Positions 58,933 through 64,000 of a stretch of 64,000 nucleotides of DNA are shown here, one piece after another. How positions within the stretch are numbered: the first letter of the stretch is position 1; every line of letters begins with the position of its first letter. Position numbers and translations under genes: made by a program. The stretch is from Rhizobiaceae bacterium (GTDB lineage Bacteria; Pseudomonadota; Alphaproteobacteria; Rhizobiales; Rhizobiaceae), in contig OZ245773.1 in assembly GCA_965227645.1 (NCBI GenBank), forward strand, positions 5,041,242 through 5,105,241, in the 5' to 3' direction. Below the pieces are notes generated by a model, which did no database searches, was not told the DNA's origin, and worked only from the letters and a program-made list of their open reading frames with translations.

Positions 58933-59310
58933 TTAGCCGCGAACCAGCCGCGGCGCCTTGTCGAAAACCTTCAGCACCTGTGCGATCTCGTGTCCGCGCT
59001 TGAGGATCAGGCCGCTTGCCGCCGTCACCGAGAACGCGCCCTGCTTGCGGGCGAGTTTCGGATTCTTCTCGATCCTGAAAAGCGGCACTTCGCTGGTGCG
59101 GCGAAAGACGGAAAAGACGGCGCGGTCCTTCAGATGGTCGATGGCGTAGTCGCGCCATTCGCCTTCCGCGACCATGCGTGAATAGACCCTCAAAATGGCG
59201 TCGAGTTCCCTGCGATGAAAGGTAACGGGAATGGTTTCCTTCGATTTCCGGAAGTCTTTCAGATTGACGATCTGAGGCTGGTTTTCCGCCTGATCCGGAT
59301 TGGACGCCAT
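58933..59310 (-). CDS. DUF2794 family protein
   Basis: VTFHRRELDAILRVYSRMVAEGEWRDYAID...FSVFRRTSEVPLFRIEK. The start is ATG 59310 or ATG 59352. Confidence 0.7.
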   Translation of the reverse strand: MASNPDQAENQPQIVNLKDFRKSKETIPVTFHRRELDAILRVYSRMVAEGEWRDYAIDHLKDRAVFSVFRRTSEVPLFRIEKNPKLARKQGAFSVTAASGLILKRGHEIAQVLKVFDKAPRLVRG

Positions 59311-59433
59311 TGTTACCCCGCTGTTGCCCTGTCCAAATGCGGATGAAAGCATCGGACACTGTCATTCTCGTCAGTTTGCCAAAAACGCCGTCAAATGCAA
59401 GTCACGGGAAAATCGGGTCGGAAAGCCGGCCTT

Positions 59434-60177
59434 TCAGCTCGGTGAATCCGTTACGATGGAAGCGCCAATGATTGGGCCGGGAACCGTCGCCGACTTCATC
59501 TTCTGAACGAGGATCGCGCATCCGCCGTAGCGTTCGTGATCCATCACCGTCATCGGCAGAACAAGCTCCATGGCCTTGCCGTCCCACATGCCAACGGTCT
59601 GGGCGTCGCGCACGGAGTGCCAGTAGGTGATCTTGCGGCCGCGATTCTCGCCACGCCCCACGTCCACGGTGTTTCGGTCGTCGAAATAGACGACAATGAT
59701 GTCGGCCTTGCCGCGGCCTTCTCCGATATGAATGTTCAGCCGGTCGCCTTCCCTGACCGCCGTCACCGGCACTGTCAGGCCCTTCCCGTTGTCATCGAGC
59801 GTGTCGAGCGTGCGATTGATGCCGGAAAGGTCGGCGCCGTTCATGTGATCGCGTCCGTTCAGCACCGCCTGGGGGGTGTAGACGCTTTTTCGACCGAGCG
59901 TTCTGGCGTAGTCATACTGACGCTCGGTGCTTTCGGCGCTGCTCAGCGTGTCCTTCCAGCCGAGGTAGTTCCAGTAGTCGACATGATAGCTCAGGGCCAC
60001 GACATCGCCCTGCTTGACCAGCTTTCCCAGCGCCGCGTCGGCGGGTGGACAGGAGGAGCATCCCTGGCTGGTAAACAGCTCGACAACGCCTTTTGGTCGT
60101 CCGTCTCCGGCTGCAGCCGGCAACGGCGCAAGCACGGCGGCGCAGGCAAGCGCCACTAATATCTTCATCAACTTCAT
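59434..60177 (-). CDS. DUF1223 (thioredoxin-fold) secreted protein
   Basis: Signal peptide MKLMKILVALACAAVLAPLPAAA, then VVELFTSQGCSSCPPAD...LSYHVDYWNYLGWKD. Confidence 0.85.
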   Translation of the reverse strand: MKLMKILVALACAAVLAPLPAAAGDGRPKGVVELFTSQGCSSCPPADAALGKLVKQGDVVALSYHVDYWNYLGWKDTLSSAESTERQYDYARTLGRKSVYTPQAVLNGRDHMNGADLSGINRTLDTLDDNGKGLTVPVTAVREGDRLNIHIGEGRGKADIIVVYFDDRNTVDVGRGENRGRKITYWHSVRDAQTVGMWDGKAMELVLPMTVMDHERYGGCAILVQKMKSATVPGPIIGASIVTDSPS

Positions 60178-60440
60178 CGCAACACGCCTTATGATCCAGT
60201 CTTTTGAAAAGGATCGCCGCTGTTCGCAGCCCTCTTTTTGTAGACGCCGGCTATAACAAGATAAAGTCACGTTGCGGTGAGACGGTTTCGGACGGCGCGC
60301 AATTGACCGTGAGCTGGAGTTGAAGTAGTCAGCGAAACGTTCGGCGATGGCGTCGCCGTTTCTGTGCTTTCCCCATTTGCATCCTGTACGCCCGGATCAT
60401 CATGCCGGCCGCATCGGCGCGTCCGGAAAAGGAGCCTTGC

Positions 60441-61661
60441 ATGGATATCGCAGATCGCCCGGATTTTTTCACGAAACAGGATGGAGCAAAGGCGGTCCTG
60501 CCTTTCTCGCAGGGAGAATATCGTCGTCGTCAGGCGGCGCTGCGCGCCGTCATGGAAGAGCAAGACATCCCCGCTGTTCTCCTGACCTCCATGCACAACA
60601 TCGCCTATTATTCAGGCTTTCTTTATTGCAGCTTCGGGCGTCCCTATGGCTGCGTCGTCACGGCGGATGACTGCGTCACGATTTCCGCCAATATCGACGG
60701 CAGCCAGCCCTGGCGTCGCTCGACCGACGGAAATATCATCTACACCGACTGGCGGCGCGACAATTTCTGGCGCGCGGTCCTGTCGACCTTGCCGGGCGGC
60801 GTCAGGCGCCTCGGCGTCGAGGCCGACCATCTGACGCTCACCATGCGGGAAAAACTCGCCGGTTTTCTCGATGATCCGGAACTGGTTGATATCGCGCCCG
60901 ACACAATGCGGCTGCGCATGGTAAAATCCGCCGAGGAAATCGCCCTCATCCGGGAAGGCGCGCGTATCGCCGATCTCGGCGGTCAGGCGGTGTTCGACGC
61001 GATCAGGCCCGGCGTGCGGGAAATCGACGTCGCCATGGCCGGGCGCGACGCCATGGAGGCCGAGATCGCCCGGTCGCACCCCAACAGCGAACTGCGCGAC
61101 ACCTGGGTGTGGTTCCAGTCGGGGCTCAACACCGACGGCGCCCACAATCCTGTCACGACACGGACCCTCAAGCCCGGTGACATCTTGAGTCTCAACTGCT
61201 TTCCGATGATTTCCGGCTACTACACGGCGCTTGAGCGAACCCTGTTTCTTGGCGAGCCGGATCCCGCCTCGCGGCGGTTGTGGGAGATCAATGTCGCGGC
61301 GCACGAATTCGGTCTGTCGCTGATACGGCCGGGCGCGACCTGTTCCGGGATATGCGCCGAACTCAACCGATTCCTTGCAGACCATGACGCGCTGCAATAC
61401 CGGTCATTCGGCTACGGCCATTCATTCGGCATTCTCTCGCACTATTACGGGCGCGAGGCGGGTCTCGAGTTGCGCGAAGACATCGACACGGTTCTGGAGC
61501 CCGGTATGGTGGTTTCGATGGAGCCGATGCTGTGGGCGCAGCAGGCTGTTCCCGGCGCAGGCGGCTATCGCGAGCATGACATACTCGTCGTATACGAGGG
61601 CGGCGCCGAAAATATAACCAAATTTCCTTACGGACCCGACAGCAATATTATTCCTGTGTGA
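60441..61661 (+). CDS. Creatinase (creatine amidinohydrolase), M24-fold
   Basis: HNIAYYSGFLYCSFGRPYGCVVT...ISANIDGSQPWRR...IYTDWRRDNF closely parallels the Pseudomonas creatinase N-domain as I remember it. ATG follows AAGGAG. Confidence 0.8.
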   Translation: MDIADRPDFFTKQDGAKAVLPFSQGEYRRRQAALRAVMEEQDIPAVLLTSMHNIAYYSGFLYCSFGRPYGCVVTADDCVTISANIDGSQPWRRSTDGNIIYTDWRRDNFWRAVLSTLPGGVRRLGVEADHLTLTMREKLAGFLDDPELVDIAPDTMRLRMVKSAEEIALIREGARIADLGGQAVFDAIRPGVREIDVAMAGRDAMEAEIARSHPNSELRDTWVWFQSGLNTDGAHNPVTTRTLKPGDILSLNCFPMISGYYTALERTLFLGEPDPASRRLWEINVAAHEFGLSLIRPGATCSGICAELNRFLADHDALQYRSFGYGHSFGILSHYYGREAGLELREDIDTVLEPGMVVSMEPMLWAQQAVPGAGGYREHDILVVYEGGAENITKFPYGPDSNIIPV

Positions 61662-61736
61662 AAGATACTGACATTGTCCTTCGTCACTGCTAGGACGGGT
61701 TTGGTTGGCATTCAGGGGTCGTTCCGGAGGAAGGCA

Positions 61737-62852
61737 ATGCGCAGGTTGGCGGCTGTTATCGGATTTGGCCTAATCCTCGCATCATGCGGCGAGGACGACA
61801 GCCGCACCGGAGATATCGAGCCGCAGGCGCGCGGGCTGAAAACCTGCGAGGTCTCGGAAAGCGAGACAAACACCGTCCGCCGATATCCGAGCGTTTTGCA
61901 GCCATCCTCCATCACATCGCTTTCCTTCGAGATTGCCGGAAAGCTCGAGCAGGTCAATCTCGATGTGGGCCAGACCGTCAGCGAAGACGAAGTGCTTGCG
62001 CGTATAGATCCCAGGTCGCTGCAGACCCAGGTCGACAATGCCCGCGCCGCCGTGAATCAGGCTGAAGTGAAGACGCAAAACGCAAAAGACGATTACGACA
62101 GAAAAGCAAAGCTGCTGGAACAGGGCGTGTCCACCAAAGCGCAAACCGACGAGGCGTTGACCACCTGGAAGTCGAACGAGGCGCAGGAGGAACAGGCGCG
62201 CAAGCAACTCGAAAACGCCGAACAGGATCTCGATCGGGCCGACCTCAAGGCGCCCTTCGACGGCATCATCGGATCGGTGGACATGCAGTCCTACACCAAT
62301 GTGACAGCAGGCTCGCCGGTGCTCACGCTCTACGCCGACGATGAGTTTGAATCGGCGTTCACCGTCAGCTTCGACACCGTTCACCAGCTCACAGTCGGAA
62401 AGCCGGCGAATGTCCGCCTCGCTGACGATCCCTCCGTCGTGCTTTCCGCCCATGTCAGCGAACTCGGATCACGGGCCGACACCGTTTCATCCTTCCCGGT
62501 TGTGGTGAAGCTTGATGAAACAAACCCGCTTTTAAAATCGGGCATGGCGGTGGAGATCTCGCTGGAATTCACGGTTCCGAGCGGTTCGGGCTACACCATG
62601 CCGTTGACGATCATTCCGATGGGAAGCGATCTGAGCACGCCGCAAAGCACGGACGACGCCGACTTTGGCAACGCGTTCGTCTATGACCCTGACACCGAAA
62701 CTGTGAAAAGCCGGTCTATCAGGATTGGAGGATTGCGCGACAACCAGTTGATCGTCATCGACGGGCTGGAGCCCGGAGAACTGGTCGCCTGCGCCGGCGT
62801 GTCATTCCTGAGGGACGGCATGAAGGTCCGGCTGCTGAGCGACGCGCAATAG
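61737..62852 (+). CDS. Efflux RND periplasmic adaptor (membrane fusion) lipoprotein
   Basis: ATG 61737 follows GGAGGAAGG. Lipobox LILASC, a coiled-coil hairpin region, and LKAPFDGIIG. Confidence 0.85.
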   Translation: MRRLAAVIGFGLILASCGEDDSRTGDIEPQARGLKTCEVSESETNTVRRYPSVLQPSSITSLSFEIAGKLEQVNLDVGQTVSEDEVLARIDPRSLQTQVDNARAAVNQAEVKTQNAKDDYDRKAKLLEQGVSTKAQTDEALTTWKSNEAQEEQARKQLENAEQDLDRADLKAPFDGIIGSVDMQSYTNVTAGSPVLTLYADDEFESAFTVSFDTVHQLTVGKPANVRLADDPSVVLSAHVSELGSRADTVSSFPVVVKLDETNPLLKSGMAVEISLEFTVPSGSGYTMPLTIIPMGSDLSTPQSTDDADFGNAFVYDPDTETVKSRSIRIGGLRDNQLIVIDGLEPGELVACAGVSFLRDGMKVRLLSDAQ

Positions 62853-62865
62853 TCGGGAACACGCG

Positions 62866-64000
62866 ATGGATTTCCTCACCCGTTTCGGAATTTCCAGTTC
62901 CCGCATGACAGTGCTCATCATGCTGGCGCTGCTCGTACAGGGCGTGGTGCTTTACGGCGGCATGCCGAAGCGGGAAAATCCGGCAATTACTATTCGCAGC
63001 GCGCTGATCACCGCCTCGTTTCCCGGCATGTCTCCGGAGCGGATGGAAAACCTCATCGTCAAGCCGATTGAACGCAAGATGCGCGAGATCGGCGAGATCG
63101 AGGACATCAATTCGCTGATATTGACCGGCAGCACCGTGGTGACGGTGACGATTTATGACGCGGTCCCCCGAACCGAACTCGACCGGATCTTCCAGGAAGT
63201 GCGCAACAAGATCGACGACGTCAAGAACGACCTTCCGTCTGGAACCGAGGGGCCGTTCGTCAATACCGACTATGGCGACGTCGCCATCGCCACCGTCGCT
63301 GTCACCGGCGAAGGCTTTACTTACGAAGACATCCGGGAATCCGCGGACGACCTTCGCGAGTATCTCTACACCGTCGACGGCATTTCCAAGGTATCGCTTT
63401 ACGGCGTTCAGGAGCAGCGGATCTGGCTGGAAATCAATCCGCGCAAGCTCGCCTCCGTGGGGGTGCAACTGAACCAGGTGCTGTCGGACCTGCAGGCCCA
63501 GAACGTCATTCTGCCGGCCGGGCAAATCGACGCCGACGGCGTCAATCTGATACTCGAGGCCAATGGCGATCTGAAGTCCGTCGAGGAGATCGGAGACGTC
63601 CTGACGAAGGTCGAGGGTCTTTCAGGCTATGTGCGGCTAAAGGACCTGATGGATGTCAGGCGCGGCTATGAGGACCCTGTCGACAAGCCGGTCTATTTCA
63701 ACAATGAGCCGGCGATCATCGTCGCCGTGGAAATGAACGATGCGGAAGACATCCAGAAGATCGGCAAGGCGCTCGAAGTCGCGGTTGCGGAATTCGAGCA
63801 GACGCAGCCGATCGGGATTTCCTATCGCTTCTCCACGTTCCAGGAGACCAATGTCACACAGGCGATCAACAACGCGCTGTTCAATGTGCTGCAGACGTTC
63901 CTCGTCGTCGTGGTCGTCCTGCTCGTGTTTCTGGGTCTGAGGACGGCCTTCATTATCGCCTGCATCGTGCCCTTTACCATGATGTTTGCGCTGCTGGGAA
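62866..64000 (+). CDS. Efflux RND permease (AcrB family), 5' partial that runs off the window
   Basis: My own translation from ATG 62866 is open to position 64000: MDFLTRFGISSSRMTVLIMLAL...PKRENPAITIRSALITASFPGMSPERME...TFLVVVVVLLVFLGLRTAFI. It is absent from the ORF track because no stop lies in the window. Confidence 0.85.
   Translation, partial: MDFLTRFGISSSRMTVLIMLALLVQGVVLYGGMPKRENPAITIRSALITASFPGMSPERMENLIVKPIERKMREIGEIEDINSLILTGSTVVTVTIYDAVPRTELDRIFQEVRNKIDDVKNDLPSGTEGPFVNTDYGDVAIATVAVTGEGFTYEDIRESADDLREYLYTVDGISKVSLYGVQEQRIWLEINPRKLASVGVQLNQVLSDLQAQNVILPAGQIDADGVNLILEANGDLKSVEEIGDVLTKVEGLSGYVRLKDLMDVRRGYEDPVDKPVYFNNEPAIIVAVEMNDAEDIQKIGKALEVAVAEFEQTQPIGISYRFSTFQETNVTQAINNALFNVLQTFLVVVVVLLVFLGLRTAFIIACIVPFTMMFALLG

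Overview
This is a high-GC alphaproteobacterial chromosome segment. The order Hyphomicrobiales/Rhizobiales is inferred from synteny only, not from a search.

Positions 1 to about 10.6 kb form an accessory island that abuts the 3' end of a tRNA-Gly(GCC) gene (10634-10708, minus strand). By eye the island is AT-richer and compositionally patchy. It carries:
- a Phd/YefM-RelE/ParE toxin-antitoxin pair with a clear operator
- an Abi_2 abortive-infection gene
- an XRE-HTH / KAP-family P-loop NTPase / mini 2-TM gene string
- a stand-alone SLATT/DUF4231-like 2-TM protein
- a divergent five-gene operon containing an HTH-less S24-peptidase-like gene and two twin-arginine-motif proteins
- several ORFs I cannot assign to any family

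No integrase, transposase, CRISPR array or rRNA is visible in the window.

From 10.9 kb to the end the content is ordinary housekeeping:
- ProX-like editing protein, thioredoxin-TPR protein, Lon N-terminal domain protein, Trm112
- a TetR-HlyD-ABC-2 efflux operon, a UbiH-family hydroxylase, tesB, glnK-amtB, ftsK, lolA, xthA
- a cNMP-binding protein beside a CenR-like response regulator
- gpsA, tsaD, and hemC-hemD followed by a Mic60-like protein and a HemY-like protein
- ppa, typA, dcp, argG, rlmN, an IalB-family protein, thpR
- the tesA-like / ybbA-like / ybbP-like trio, a BI-1 family protein, creatinase, and the start of an RND efflux operon

The best candidates for undescribed biology are the island modules at 2.8-10.0 kb. 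The KAP NTPase string and the SLATT-like protein rank highest.

All family calls come from motif recognition by eye. No database search or computation was run.
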